A stretch of 64,000 nucleotides of DNA from Leucoraja ocellata (lineage: Eukaryota). The position numbers and the translations under genes are program-made. The notes below the pieces were generated by a model that saw only the letters and a list, made by a program, of their open reading frames with translations, ran no database searches and was not told the origin of the DNA. The stretch is taken from assembly GCA_036785375.1 (NCBI GenBank), contig JAWMAR010000786.1:434001-498000 (forward strand), in the 5' to 3' direction. Positions 47,816 through 62,375 of the stretch are shown piece by piece (the first letter of the stretch is position 1; each line of letters opens with the position of its first letter).

Positions 47816-50809
47816 CAACAATAACAACCTATGATCTAAAGCAAAACATTTAATTTTATTAATGAGCCATTATTTTTTATATGATTCTCTTCTATATACC
47901 AAAACTTTAAACAGTTATTATAATAAGATATAGATAAGCTGTAACATCATTCATGAGAATGTTGATTAGCAAGATATTATATGGGATGGCTGCTTATTGC
48001 AATTGCATTCTGGATCACAATATCCTGAAGAATGTGCTTATTCTGAAGCGTTTGTATCTTGATAGAGACACAGACTTGTTACCCGGATTTTTGGGGTGCT
48101 TGCATCTTTTCTGTAGCATTGTTACCTTGGGAATCTCTACAGATGATTGGGGAAGGAATGCAAAGAGCTATAAAGGTTGAAGCAGTCAGTTTGCTGATCG
48201 AGTAAGGGTCTGGGGATTGTGAATCATGTTTTGTGAAGAGGAGTAAGTTGACAATAATGCCTTGTCATTTCTTTTCAACATCGGTCTGTGCTACCTGAAT
48301 GATTACAACCCTGCTACTGTCATTATCTCATTTGATAGCACCCTTACCTCGGGATCAGTTTTGCCTGTTCATCCCTCTTGGGCGACTTCAACACGTAATT
48401 CCAGACTGATATTCGGGTGTAATTCTGAGAGAGTATCTTACTATAGGTGGGGCCATTCCCTCAAAGCAGATGTTAAACTTAAACCCACCTGGTATCTTGT
48501 GCGACTGTAAAATCTCTACATTTATATCTCAGAAGAGCAGTAGTCTTTTTCTCTGCAAATGCTATGTCTCCTGCTGAGTGTCTCCAGCATGATCTTTGGC
48601 ATTGTTGTTTGTGGGATAAAAATTGTCCAAGAAATTGACAATAAATTCTGATGAAGTTCGTTGCCCTAAAACTTGAAGCCTGTTCATCTCTCCTTGGATG
48701 CTGCCCTCACCTTGTACCATTTTCTCATAACCATAAGCCATGCAGCACAGAGGCAGGACATTCAGTCCACCGGGTCTATGCCAAGTCTCAAGTACATTTC
48801 AAATATTATATCAACTGCACCTTGAATTTAAAAAAATATCAATAAAAAACATTGCTGTTTGAGGAACTTGCTGTGCACAAATTGGGTGCTGAACGTATGA
48901 CAGTGGCTACTCCTTGGAAGGCTCTTATTCTCCCTGTGGATGAGTGTTTCACTAAAATGAATTGGAAGAAAAACTTACATTTATTTAGGATCTGTCTCAA
49001 TCTTGGTATATCCAAAGTGTTTGAATTTTTAATGTATGGTTTAATATCAACAAAGTGACAATGATGGCATGATCTTATTTTAGTGATATTGATTGAAAGA
49101 TCAATATCACTAAAGTACCCAGGACGAATTATTATGCTCTTGAAAATATTGCCACGCTTCATATTTACTTGTGAAGCCAGACAAGATTTAATATTTCATC
49201 CAAAATAACAGAATTCCCTCAGTACTTTGCTAGAATGGCAGTATAGATAATGTGCTTGTGTCTTAGGAGCTGGAACTGTGATCTTTTGATTCAGGCGAGG
49301 GAGCTGCTTGACTGAACAAAGTGGGCAAGTTACTAAATGCAGTCAGGCAAGCCAGTTACCAGTAACCCAAACCAATTTCCCTCCAGAGATTGATTCTGTC
49401 TTCTGACTCCATTGTTATGAGCATAGTAGTCACCATAAATATTGTGAGTTGCTTATTTTTCTCTAACAGGTAACAACTTGCTTCATGAATGCATGCAGCT
49501 GAATGATTAACTTGCATTTGTAAGACTATGTACTATCAAAACCAATTGTCTTTACAAGACCTATATGATTCTTAATCCACAGACTAATAACGATGCATAT
49601 TAAACTTAGTTTCAAACAAGGATACATTTCCCTTCAAGATATTGGAGATATAAGTCTACATCCTTACCTGCCATAATTCTCCCAATCACTGTTTCCTCCC
49701 TGTTTGGCTGTGAGAACACATGTATCATCTCAAGACACTCCCTAAAACATTATAACCAGAAGGGACAGGACTGGTCAGCTGTCATTTTCTTGTCAGCTTT
49801 CATATGTTGAATTATTGAAGAGGAGAGGTCAATTGCTTTAGAGAATAAACAGCTGTGTTCAAAGCCATTAAATGTAAAATAGTAAACTCAAGAAAATTGT
49901 TAATCAAAATTGCACTGATGTTGTTGAAATGATAGATCGTTGTTGATCATTTCATAGTGGGGAGATATTAATTTTGGTACTGAGGTCATTGTTAATCTTG
50001 CCTCATCCCGATTTAAATTACTCTTTGAACAGTTTATAAAGTTTGTACTGGTTTTCTAGCTACAGATTTTACATTGTTGCTGGTTTCTCTGATGTTGGAC
50101 CTATAAATCTCGATCTAGACACATGGAGATGCTTTATTGCATTTGTCCAAACAGTGTAGCCTGGTTCCGACTATGTATCCAAGAAGAACCTTCAGACATT
50201 TTAATTAAAATGCTGATCAAAGATTTCTTCCTTCAGGATTGCGTGCTTTATCGACCGGTGTTTATGAAATAGGGATTCTGTCTTTTTATATCTGATACCT
50301 GAACACGTTGCCCTTTCCTCTTTTCAGAGGAAAAAGACAATTTTCTAGAGGAAGCATAGTTTTCTACAAAATTATAGTGAAGGGCAATGCTTCCACGACG
50401 AAATAACCATTTTTCATGTGAGTAGATGGCTCACAGATTCGCGTTTGAAAGTGTGTTTCTCTGGTCTAGAAAAATAGGAGACTCATCAAGACGAAGAGAA
50501 TTCTTAAAGGGCTTGACAACCTAGATGCAGGGAGTGTGTTTCCCCAGCTATACCAGGACCCACTGTTAGTGAGGTGATAAACCTTTTTGAAATTTTTACT
50601 TTGTAGGCAATGTAGACTTGGACATTGTCTGCAACCAAAATATTGTTCCTGGATATTAAAGGAATTTAGTGATTTGGGGTTAGTGCGCGAACACGGCATT
50701 GCAATAGAAGGTTAGCCATGAACTTGATGACTAGTAGTGCAGGCTTGAAGATCGGATTGCTGCTACTGCTCCTATTTTACATCTTGTGCTTCTTTGCTCC
50801 GTCACCAAA

Positions 50810-51727
50810 TATAAGAGCTCAATTTTGATGATATTAAAGGGAACTTTCAGAAGTTGATAGGGAGAGGCTGTCTGCAGTTCACGGGACATCAATTATGTAG
50901 GAGCCTTTTAAAGGCGAGATGGTGAGAGCTCGGGGCCAGCAGGTTCTTCTTGGAGTGAAGGGGAAGGCTGGCAGAAGAGATCCCTGTATATTACAAGATA
51001 TTGAACCTCCGATCAAGAATAAGGAGGCATATGTCCAGTTTCGTGAGACACAAAAAACTGTGAATGTTCGAATCCTGAGCAAAAACAAAGTGCTGGAGGA
51101 ACTCAATGAGGTAGGCATCATCTGTGGGGGGGAAATGGACAGATTATCTTTTGGGTCTGGACCCTTCTGCAGATCCTTCTTTGATATGTTAGTATGTCAG
51201 GTATGGGCAGCTGGGATCAAGTGAACCCCTTGGAGTTGAGGGGTTGTAGGAGCACATGTAAGAAGGAAATCAAGAGAACAGACAGGGAGCATGGAATAGC
51301 TTTGGCAGATAATGTAAAAAAAAAAATCCAAAAAGATTCTAGAAGTATATTAAGGGCAAAAGTGTAACTAGGGATCAGGTTTCAAAGGTCTTTTATTGTC
51401 ACATGTACCAATTAAGGTACAGTGATATTCGTATTAACAAGGTCGTCTCTAAGGAGGCATTGCAGATGCGTAAGATGACAAATGAACATATCTAATCTGT
51501 ATGTACCATGGAGAATTACATGGATGCTCGGGAACCTGGAGAGGGACATTACAGCTGCTGATTGTCTTGAAAGGCTGTAAGATGAATCCCCTAGGATCAA
51601 GTATCCTAGGACATTGTGAGAAGCTTGGGAAGAAACTATGGGGCCACTTGCAGAGATCTTTTATTTAAATACACAGGTCAGGTGTTCGAAGACTGGTAGA
51701 TGGCTAATGTTGTTCATCTGTTTAAGG
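50810..51727 (+). mobile_element. Decayed CR1 ORF2 (tether/RT) fragment with nested Penelope-type and short 3'-hairpin insertions
   Basis: Decayed NPKRFxKYIKGK, SPGPD-like and [12 protein letters not shown] motifs. Ends ~60 nt upstream of exon 11. Confidence 0.65.
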
Positions 51728-51788
51728 ATTTCCGCAACCAACAGCCTATCGTTCGCATATCATGCGCCATGTGTTGTTTCTGCTGCAG

Positions 51789-51933
51789 GATCGAATGTCC
51801 TCTAGAGACCCTTGACTTGGATGGGATCGTGCTTGTGCTGGATCGCCACCTTCACGATACAGTTACAGGAATGATGACACGAATTGCAATCTTGAAGTGG
51901 TTGTATCACCTTTATATCAAAACTCCTAGGAAG
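51789..51933 (+). CDS. VAC14: VAC14 coding exon 11 ([48 protein letters not shown])
   Basis: ctgctgcag| acceptor, AAG|GTAAGA donor, 145 nt, conserved [22 protein letters not shown]. Confidence 0.96.
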
Positions 51934-54900
51934 GTAAGAATAATGAACCCCCTTGCCTGAGGTGATCTGGTGCCATGATTTGTCCAGCCCCGTCTTCCTT
52001 CCAGTTTTTTTTTTTCTCTCGTTACCTCCGACAATCAGTCTGAAGAAAGGTCCCAATCCGAAACGTCACGTATCCATTTTCTCCTATGATGATGCCTGAC
52101 CTGCTGAGTTACTCCATCACTTTGTTGAGTTGAGGTATAAAGACGTATAAAACATTGAGCTAAAGATAAGTATACTGATATACTTTAATAATAAATGCAT
52201 GAGCAAGATTGCCTTTGAAAAGGTAAATTGTAGTATAATCTCGAGTTTGAAATCTAAATAGATTTAAATGTTTTGATGAGTTGAGGATCAGGCTGCCGAA
52301 GGGGAGTGTGGATTGAAAAAAAATGTAAGAATAGATGAGTAATGATACAACATTTGAGAAACGTATGGAGTTGCTTTCGGATTAGAAATAATAGTTTTGT
52401 AGGAAGTGCTCCATCTTTGGTAAATTAAAGTATTCGATTGAATTAAAAAGAGAAACTTAGTTTTGCATGGAAGAATAAAGTGGCTAGGATTGAACTGGTA
52501 AAAATCGAAAGGAAAAACTGGATTAAAAAGGGAATAACTGAGAGTAAATCAGCGGAATCGGGATCCCTGGCATGGGATCCACATGTCTGGTCCTTGGAAT
52601 GGAGATATTATGGCTATAACAAAGCAATTATATTTTATAAATTGTTTGTATGACTCAAATATTTTTAATAGTTAATATTAATAGCATGGGGAGGATGGGG
52701 GGGATGTAAATAATCAAATGTTTTATTATGAACAGAGAAAAGCCAATCAAATTACAAAACATTTCCCAATATGTTGTTCCTGATGCTATTCACTTGCACA
52801 CATCTAAAGATTGGGACAGTTGTGCTGAGATGGGCCAAATTAAGTCCTGGGCTGCAGACACTAATTAGCCATCATTGTCAGTTTGCAGGTGCAAGTATAC
52901 AGGATTCTGTATACACAATGTGCAAACTTGTTCTGATGGTGATAATTAGATGGCTGCTTGGGATTGCCCTGGAACACACAGCTGCATTTATTTTTCATAC
53001 GAAACAACAGAAAATGCTGAAAATCACTCAACAAATTGGGCAGCATCTATGGGAAGAGAAAATAATTAATATTTCAGGTTGAAGATTCTGTTTCATTTCC
53101 GATAAAGGACATTTCACATGAACTGTTAATCCTGTTTCCTTTTCCACCGATGCTGGCTGACCTGCTAAATTGGGTTTGTATTTTCTGTTTAGATTTCAAA
53201 ATATCAACATCTGTAGCTATTGATTTTTGTTACTGTACCTTTTTATAATTCAATCTCGCGATCTGGGTTTAACTGGGCGAGCCATTGTTTTTGATCATTC
53301 CCATTTTCCGATGCGAAGAAGGTGCTGAACGATTTCTTGGTCTGGTGAATGTGCACACACTTTACTGCTGGGAAGGCTGTTCCAAGTTTTAAACCCAGTG
53401 GTGATGAACGACTGCCAACATGTTTCCAGTCAGGATGATATGCAATTTAGAGAGGAACCCTGCGGTGTTACCATGCCTCTGGTGCACTTGTCTACCTTGA
53501 TTGTGCAGGTTGCAGATGCGAGTGGTGCTGCTGTAGTAGCCTGAGCAAGTAAGGGCAGTGTATTTTGTAGATGGTGCACAATACAGCCACTGTGGACTGG
53601 TGGTGGAGTGAACAAATGTTTAAGGTGGTGGAGGAATCATTCATGGGGGGTACTGACCCGAGTTAGCAGAAGGTTTAGCTTTTTATTTTAAACTTCTTTC
53701 TTTCACTGGTACAAGTTCTCTCCGAAATGACCGTTGTTGCTTAAACCGTCACGTCTCATCCTCCCGCTCTACCCCCCCTGGGGCCTTAGGTGTTGGTTGG
53801 AACATACACATTCTCTTTACTCCTTTGAACTTAATAACACTGAGACTTTCTCAGAACCCCAGATCCGGCTGCACATCTGACTTGTAGTGCAGGTCTCTGG
53901 CTGCGCTTGAACGAGTGAGTGAGCCAGACAGACTATCCAAACTGTCAGATGCCAGATTACCATGATTTTTTGCTGCTCTGCATCTGCTGAGTTTATTTGA
54001 CAGTCTAGTCAATTGTGGATCAGCAATATTAGGTGTACAGGTCAGGCCATGGTGATAGCTATGTTTTTGATGTTAAAAAGGTACAAAATGGGTCTAACAC
54101 TGAGCCCGATGGCTTAAAAACCACACAACTGATTTCCTGCAGGCTTTATGATTGTGTGATTAATTAGATTAGTTCAACAGAGTAATTGATTGCTGGTCTT
54201 TTTTATATAATATGGCATGCGGCATCAATTGTACCTCGCAGTGAAGCCACTTTGCAGTGTTTTTAGCTCACGTGATTTGTGTTGTGGGTCAGTAGTAACC
54301 ACTGCTCCCTGTAAATTGATGGCAAAAGGCCGACAGAAGATATTGAGTTTGCAGAATTGGGTCCATGGGGCTGCAAGGTAATATAGATTATGACAGGCAC
54401 ATTTAAATGGCTTCTGCTAAATGGATGCTTTTTCGTGAATCTGAGAAGTGAGTGGTTATGCTTTGACAAATGCCTGTAGTTGGCAAGTACTTGCGTCCCC
54501 ACACCAAGTTAATCTCAGAATTACTGGAGACTGAACGGTATTAGAATGCAACCTTGCAAGTGTTTTCACAATCAATCAGTGACAGTATTTTTCTTTCAAT
54601 AAATAAATCTACACTTTACTGTGTCATTTTCTTTATCCCCTCCTCAAGATGCTGTTTGCGTTGCACTCCAGTTCTATTCAATTCAAATTCTGACATTGCA
54701 TTTTAAAATGTATCCTTCTTCATGCATCTGGCTTTTGACAGAGCATTTGACTCCATTCAGGTCCGAGCCACACCTGATTATTCCCCTGTGTACTGCATAT
54801 TCTTTCACTGGATGATTTGACTTGCCCAGCTTTTTTTAAACAAAAGACACCCAACCTCTTTGAAAGAGGAATTTATGAACTGCAAGCAGGAATGACCCCT

Positions 54901-56779
54901 TAAACCTGCTCTGCCCTTCAATAAAATCATGACTTGCGTCTGCTTTGAGCTCACCTACCTCGCAACCTTTCTCCCCCTGATGAAGAATTTATCTTAAAAA
55001 TATTCAGAGACTGCGAGGAAGGGAGTTCCAGATAATTAATAACAAAATCACCTCATCTCAGTCTTAAATGGGAGACGACTTATTTCTAGATTCCCCCACG
55101 GAGAAAACATCCTCCCCACATGCACCTTGCCAACGTTGGGACTGTGGTGGAACTTTTCAAAATATTCTCTGACTTCTCTCCTGTTCTTGGCTCATTCAGC
55201 AGAGCACTTTCTCTAGCAATGTTACAAAATTATGAGATTTTAAAAATCAAGTCTGCAATTTATCCCATCAGATAAAGCATAAACAGAAGTTTAATTTGAC
55301 ACCTAATTCACTTTCATATCTTCAGTATTAAAAAAAAGGTTATGGCCATTTTAATACTCGGAAATTAGCAACTCTCCAAGGTGCCAGCACTTCTATAATT
55401 ATAATTCTGATTCACCCCTTATCTCTTCATCGCTGCCAGTTATGTTTTAAGTTGCCATGATTTGATGCTTGAAATTTGCTTCCTAAGTCTTGCCAGATTT
55501 TGACCCACTCATTCCATCCTTGACTGAATGATTCGTCTTTCACAGTGGAGCACCCTCACTGCCACATTGGGCTACCACCCTGGATTGTCTATTCTAGAAT
55601 CTTCCAAGTACCTTCTGACGGGCAAGAATGTGACCTCTGACAGCTAGGGACTCACTTAAAATAATCTAGGAAATGATAATAGGATTACGGCAAAGCGAAG
55701 GGTGGCACACAGGCACAAGTAGTTCTCTAATGCGATAGTTGTGTTCCTAAGAAAATTAGCATTATAGAAAATCTCATTGTAACATCAATGATGTCAATGA
55801 TGAAAAGGGGGATAGGGGCTGGAGAGTTTCAGAGAAACATTAATAGTTATTTTACCAACAGGAGTTCCAAAAGTAAAATTATTTTTGATAGCTATAAGTT
55901 TATTTTTGTTACTGCAAGCTAAAATACTATAGGCTAACAGAGTATTGTTACCCATGTATCAACGTAAGTGAAGGCTTATCAATTTCAATAGCCTCCCGGC
56001 TAAAATAGCAGCTGTGTTCTTAAGAGACATTGGCATCTGATTACTGCAGGAAAGCTTCGTGGAAATACTTTTTCCAAGACGGCTTTTTGTTTTCTGCTTG
56101 CTAATTTCCAAAGTGATATATAAGTAGTTCTCCAGGTCCTGATCGAAATTGGGTTATAACCAGTTAGACACGCATAATACAAATAATGTTTCCTTATCAA
56201 TCGTGTTATATCTAACTTGAGTTGTGGAATAGCAGATTACCTGCACTACTGCTGCCTTGCGTCTCCAGCCACCAGGGTATAATCCTAATCAGTCTTGTAT
56301 GTGTGGAAAGTGCACTTGCACTCTGTGACCGTCAGATTCCTACCAAATCCCAAATATGTGCTGGTTGGTATATTAGCTACTGTAAATAACTGTGCATGTA
56401 GGTGGAGAGTTGATGGAGAGGTGAGGGAGAATAGATTACAGGGAAACAAGTGGGAGGTCAGATTGTTGTGAGAGCTGGTTTGGAGTTGTGGGCCAAATGG
56501 CCACTTCCATTGTCACAAGTAAATATGAAATACATGAAGATCTTAAGTTTGCAACCAATGTTCTGTTGTAAAATATCATAATTCTAAACCAATTCAATAT
56601 TTTGAAGCAAAATTTGATGCATAGATTTGCAAACATTGCTGCACAGGCAATATAGACCTTTTGCCGATCTTTTTAAAAGAAAGATTAAAACAGCTCCGCG
56701 TATTCATCCCTGTGACTCGGAGCCAAGGCTCTGATTGCCACTGATGGCTGTGGCCTTGTCATTGGGTATTTCTAATTAA

Positions 56780-56917
56780 TAATAAAGGCATCAAAGGTTA
56801 TGGGGAGAAGACAGGAGAATGGGCTTGCGAGGGAAAAATAGATCAGCCATGATCGAATGGTGGAGCAGACACGATGGGCCGAATGGCCTAATTCTGCTCT
56901 TATGTCTTATGGTCTTA
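56780..56917 (+). mobile_element. CR1 3' end with (TCTTATGG)n-like tail; a similar copy lies at 38404-38510
   Basis: ggttatggggagaag...gatcagccatgatcgaatgg...cttatgtcttatggtctta. Confidence 0.85.
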
Positions 56918-58130
56918 AATATGTCCTCTCAGCATCTGGCATGTCCTCACAATGTGTATTCAAGTTAACCTTCTTGTCCTCTATTATGAACAACACAAGA
57001 GCGCACATAGTCAATTATGTGTCAATCAAAACATCTTCATTCTTTAGAGACTCCTGTATCCAGTTGGTGTTTTCCCAGTAACTTGCATGAAAACACATAC
57101 TAAATCAGCTGTACTATTGTGCCCAATTCTGGCACCATAATTGAGTATGAATGCTTTTTCAGACATATTGTTCATATGATTTCTGGAGGCAGGGATGAAC
57201 AACCAACTACATGGAGAATTTGCTATTGTTATCCTTAAAATATAGTGAAAGGAATGCTCAAAATATTGAAGATTTTGTGATTAAAACAGGAGCAAAAAAG
57301 GTTACCACAGACAGAATGATATGCAGAGTAATGGACAGAAGGTCTAGGAAATGTACTTTCGAAGAGGCGCAGGCAGAGTGGATTGAATGTTCTCCACATG
57401 AGTCTAGCAACTCTTTTTTTGCCGTAATGGCAGAGATGATGTTTCCTCTATCTTAAGTCAGCAGTGTGGATTGCCTGTCCATTTTATGGGCATGTCTGAC
57501 ATTTTTTTAATACTGAAATTGCTTTTGCATGGTTCAAACTCCTGACCCCCCCCCCCCCGAATCATAGTCATATAACACGCAAACAAGCCCTTCAGCCTAC
57601 CGAGTCCATGCTGACCATCAAGCATCTATCTACACCAATCCCATTTTAATGTGCAAACACGACAAGACAGCACTGGAGGTCAGGTTTGAACCCAGGTTTT
57701 TACAGCTGTGAGGCAGCAGATCAGCTTGGGGAGTATTTGCAAGCTATTTGAGCGTTCCCATATTTCTGATCTCCTTTCACGTCCACAGATAACCTGCAAT
57801 GCCTTTTTGCGGCCAAAAGGCACACAATACCTACAACCCCTTTGCCAAAGGGAGAGTGGTGAGCCTTTGGCCTTATGCATTGGGAAGGTGAGTGTCCTTG
57901 CTCGTTGCTTGTAGTCCCTGAGATGGTGATTGGTGGTGGCGAGCTGGGTTTTGAACTGCAGCTGTCATTCTATTGGGATGAAGGTACACCAACTGCTTTT
58001 CAAGTGGTAATTCCAGAATTAAATTAGTCAAAGAAACAATAGAGAACTGATGATAGGTTTCCAAATCAGGATCATGTTATTTTGTGGAAGTTGTCAGAGG
58101 ATGTTGTTTCTTTGCACTGTGCCTTTGCCC

Positions 58131-58380
58131 TTTCAAAGGTTTCCAAGGTATTTTATTGTCACATGTACCAATTAAGGTGATATGTGCATTACCATATAGC
58201 CATGAGAAAAAAAAGCAACAAGACATACAAATACATAAAAGTTAACATAAACATCCACCTTAGCGGATTCCCCACATTCCTCACTGTGATGGAAGGCAAA
58301 AATGTCCAATCTTCTTCCTCTTTATTTCTCCCGCGGTCGGGGCAGTCGAACAATCCGTCGGGGCTATCAAAGCTCCCGCA
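58131..58380 (-). mobile_element. 5'-truncated copy of the hairpin-tailed non-autonomous retroelement family
   Basis: Colinear with 36490-36700 (aacatccac...cctcactgtgatggaaggcaaaaa). Confidence 0.75.
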
Positions 58381-58590
58381 CCCTTTCTGGCAAGTTATAT
58401 GTTTGGGAATAGCTTCAGTGAGCTTCTGAGTTTTGTGGAGGGTACAGCTTGACCCTATTGTGCAGTTGTGGTGGAGGGAGTAAATATTTAGGATACTGAT
58501 CAAGCAATGTTGGTATTGATCCTTTTGTTTTGCTTGAGACATCAAAAAATGCAAAAAGGTAGGGTAGGAAGCAGAAAACAATTCCACTGG

Positions 58591-59276
58591 GTGGCCCTGC
58601 GATGGCAGCCTTGCCAACAGTCTGTCTGTCTTTTTATCTTTTTTTGTTATTGTTAGTGTGTTTTAAAAATAAATGTTAATGTTCTCTGGTTTCTTTTATG
58701 TGGGGGTGGGGGGGTCGGGGGAAACTTTTTTTCAATCTCTTAATCTGCTGGTGATGCGATTGTTTTCCGGATCTTGTCTCCGGTCGCTCTGCGGCCTAAC
58801 ATCATCGGGCTCCCTTGCCTGGGATCGATGCTCCAACCGCGGCCCGCGGATTTCACCTTGGAGAAGCTTGCAGTCTTGGGTAGAGACCAATGTCGGGAAC
58901 TCCAAACGACGCAGAAGGTTTCGACCAGCCCCGACCCGGGGTCAGATCGCCCAGTGCGGGGGAGCTGAGATTCCCCCCCGACGTAGGAGCTTGATCGCCC
59001 CGATGCGAGGGCCCAAAGGCTGCCAGCTACGGAAGCCAAGATCGCCCTGTCAACAGAAGGTTTGAGGCCCTCGACCACGGGAGAACAAAGAAGGGAAGAG
59101 ATTGAACTTTTTATTCGCTTTCCATCGCACTGATCAATGTGGAGGAGTTACTGTGATGGATGTTAATGTTAAAATGTATTTTGTGTGTTTTGTTGCTTTT
59201 GATTGGTATGACTGTATGGCAAATCAAATTCCTCGTATTTTGCAAAACATACTTGGCTAATAAAGTATGATTATGA
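58591..59276 (+). mobile_element. Full-length, diverged member of the same non-autonomous retroelement family
   Basis: Same block order as the reverse complement of 36471-37397: GC head, T-rich block, G-run, gatgcga...gcggcctaac, GC-rich body, ggatgttaat, hairpin, AATAAA and (TATGAT) tail. Confidence 0.75.
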
Positions 59277-60874
59277 AATAATAGTGGCATTCGAGAAGCT
59301 TTTAGATAGGCACATGAATATGCAGGGAATGGAGAGATATGGATCACATGCAATCAGAGGAGATTATTTTAATTTGGCATCATTTTCAGCACGGACATTG
59401 TGGGCCAAAGGTCCTGTTCCTGTGCTGTACTATTCTATATTCCATACCTTGTAGAGGCAAGGGCAGAATATTTCATCAAACTGCAAATAACTTGGGTTTG
59501 TGTCTTGTGCTGCCATGGGATCTCCTTGACTTGGTTGCACTAACATCAACATCAACTTGAGGATGGATCTAAACATTACTAATGATTCTGAACAAAGACT
59601 GAGAACTCAATGTATCATGTTTATGATGTGTTAATTTAATTAATCAGTTTTAGATGGCACTGGTTGAGAGTTTGTTGATAAGAGTATTGGGAAGATGTCC
59701 ACTGTGTATTGCCCTGCACTGGTTATTCTACATGCACCCAATCTTGGGTGTCCTAATTGAAGGATAACATTGAAGTATTAGATTGGACTATTTTCTGGAC
59801 TTTTAGACATACTTGAACACACAAGCATTTAATTTAGAGGCAGCAGTGCTACAAAAACAATCAAACTGAGGCATTCCCAAAGTATTTTGAATAAATGTAC
59901 TCCTGTCAGAAGTGATCCATGCTTGAGACTTGTAGCTAATCAGTACAATACAGAAGGCAATTGAAATTAATTTTAATGGGGATCTGCTCTAATTGGCAGC
60001 ACTTAGTCCCTCTGTGCTTTGCCACCTTGTGACCAAATGCAGCTTAATTGACCCAAAATTGCTTTACAAATGGGATGAGCATATTCTGATTGAAGTGTCA
60101 CAAAAAACATAAAAATGATGTCAAAGGTTGCTCCACTAGAGAACTGGTATAAAGTTTAAAAACAAAACAGACTTTGAACTTGGATATAGTGAGATTTAAC
60201 CATGTCCCTGAGTTGTGAGATAAGAAGCCTTGAGCTCTCTGTCTTCTTCCTTTGCTCTAATGGGAAGCTTCCTTTAAATTGCATTTTCAGGGAAAGATCT
60301 ATAGACGTGGCCTTTAATTAACAGGTTCTGCCTTCGGTAAGTTTAATTGCACGTCAGTTTAATTCGATTCGAATTTCCCATTCAGCATTTATCAGTCAAA
60401 GTATTCAACCTTTGAGCAATTGTGGTTTAGTCTGGTAGTAATGTATGCATCGTTATCACAGAGCAATGATGAAAAAAGAACCTAATTTCAAGATACAGAA
60501 TAGTCCGTCTGCTGTTGAATTTAATAACAATCCTCTCCCAGAACACTATTGAAATAAAACTAGTCTTAGAGGGAGGAAAAACTGCACACATTCTTGTTTA
60601 GGTTCATAGAAACTCCTGTAGAAATGTCAAAGAACTCAGAACTGTGAAAAGTATAAAGCTAATGTTATAATGGGCCCTATACCAACTATCAGTTGTCGGT
60701 GAGTGAAATGGTCTTACTGCACGCACAGAGCGTTCCAGGTAATATAATTATTTTGTGCCGTTAGAGGTACTGTCTTTTGAGCCTTTAAACCAATGCTCTT
60801 GTGCGATGGTAAAAAATATATCACTTTGTTGTTTTGACAGGTAGAGAGGTTAAAAATTGACATTCCTTCATCAA

Positions 60875-61523
60875 CAAGCTTTTGGTATGCTAGCCTTTAT
60901 AAATCAGAGCATTGAGTATAGAAGCTGGGATGTAATGTTAAAATTGTACAAGGCATTGGTGAGACCAAATCTGGAGTATGGTGTACAATTTTGGTCGCCC
61001 AATTATAGGAAGGATGTCAACAAAATAGAGAGAGTACAGAGGAGATTTACTAGAATGTTGCCTGGGTTTCAACAACTAAGTTACAGAGATAGGTTGAATA
61101 AGTTAGGTCTTTATTCTCTGGAGCGCAGAAGGTTAAGGGGGGGACCTGATAGAGGTCTTTAAAATGATGAGAGGGATAGACAGAGTTTATGTGGACAAGC
61201 TTTTCCCTTTGAGAATAGGGAAGATTCAAACAAGAGGACATGATTTCAGAATTAAGGGACAGAAGTTTAGGTGTAATATGAGGGGGAACTTCTTTACTCA
61301 GAGAGTGGTAGCGGTGTGGAATGAGCTTCCAGTGGAAGTGGTGGAGGCAGGTTCATTGGTATCATTTAAAAATAAATTGGATAGGCATATGGATGAGAAG
61401 GGAATGGAGGGTTATGGTATGAGTGCAGGCAGGTGGGACTAAGGGGAAAAAAAAAAAATTTGTTCGGCACGGACTTGTAGGGCCGAGATGGCCTGTTTCC
61501 GTGTTGTAATTGTTATATGGTTA
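60875..61523 (+). mobile_element. Young 5'-truncated CR1 with one frameshift in a G-run
   Basis: ORFs 60857-61162 and 61164-61442 give a continuous CR1 ORF2 C-terminus, followed by the 3' UTR and gttatatgg tail. Confidence 0.94.
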
Positions 61524-62309
61524 ACAATGTTAAAATAGCTTATCTGATCGTCAACTAATCGCTGTATATAAGATCTTACTTTTTTGGATTAAAACATTAA
61601 TTTCAGAGTTGTTAATGGGTATGTTGGGACCTCCTGAAAGTGTCAAACAGTTCATTCTTTCTAATTATGGATAATATAAAGAAATGCACGAATCTAGCAA
61701 TTTCAACATGTATTGCACAGGAAAACTCTGAAAGATGCAGAGAGCATTCGTATGAGGTAGAAATATAGTAATGGTATAGTAATATAGTGGGTATGCACAA
61801 CATTTCTCAGCAACAGCATTTTCTTGGTTTCAACTACATAAAGCCATTGGGCTTGACATTCTGTCAGCACCGAGAAGTCCACGTAATGGGAGTGTTACTA
61901 CTTCTTCCTGCAAGTGACAAATTTGTAGCATTTTCAGATAATTGGATCTATCTTTTTTACCAAACATGTCCTAGTGCTCCCTGGACAAAAGACAACCTGG
62001 GCCAACATTCCATACTCCAGATATTGGTCCCTCTCTTTCACCCTATTTCCATGCCATTGCCACCACTCGCCTTCACCTGCATTTTCCCTTCACTGCCCCG
62101 CTGTAACTGTAAAACGTTCAGGATGCACTGGTAAAATGAAATAGTTGTACAACCACTGCTCCCTGCAACTGGAATATGATACTGTGTTCATAAGACTGTT
62201 TGAGTCTGAGCATTTGATGAAGTCAACATAGCTTAACCTTGGCTGGAGCGAAAACTGTATTATGTTTTTGTTGAGGAAAGGAAGTGACACACCTCTCTCT
62301 GCATTACAG

Positions 62310-62375
62310 ATGTTTTGGCACACAGATAGCCTATTTCCCATGTTGCTGAAGACCCTTTCTGATGAGTCGGATGAG
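62310..62375 (+). CDS. VAC14: VAC14 coding exon 12 ([22 protein letters not shown]); gene continues beyond the window
   Basis: cattacag| acceptor, GAG|GTGAGT donor, 66 nt. Confidence 0.95.

Noticed and set aside
55218-55372. AT-rich segment resembling a skate DNA-transposon-derived repeat (also ~10430-10860)
   Set aside because: Only one copy of each is in the window and I could not identify TIRs or TSDs, so the call cannot be supported from this sequence.
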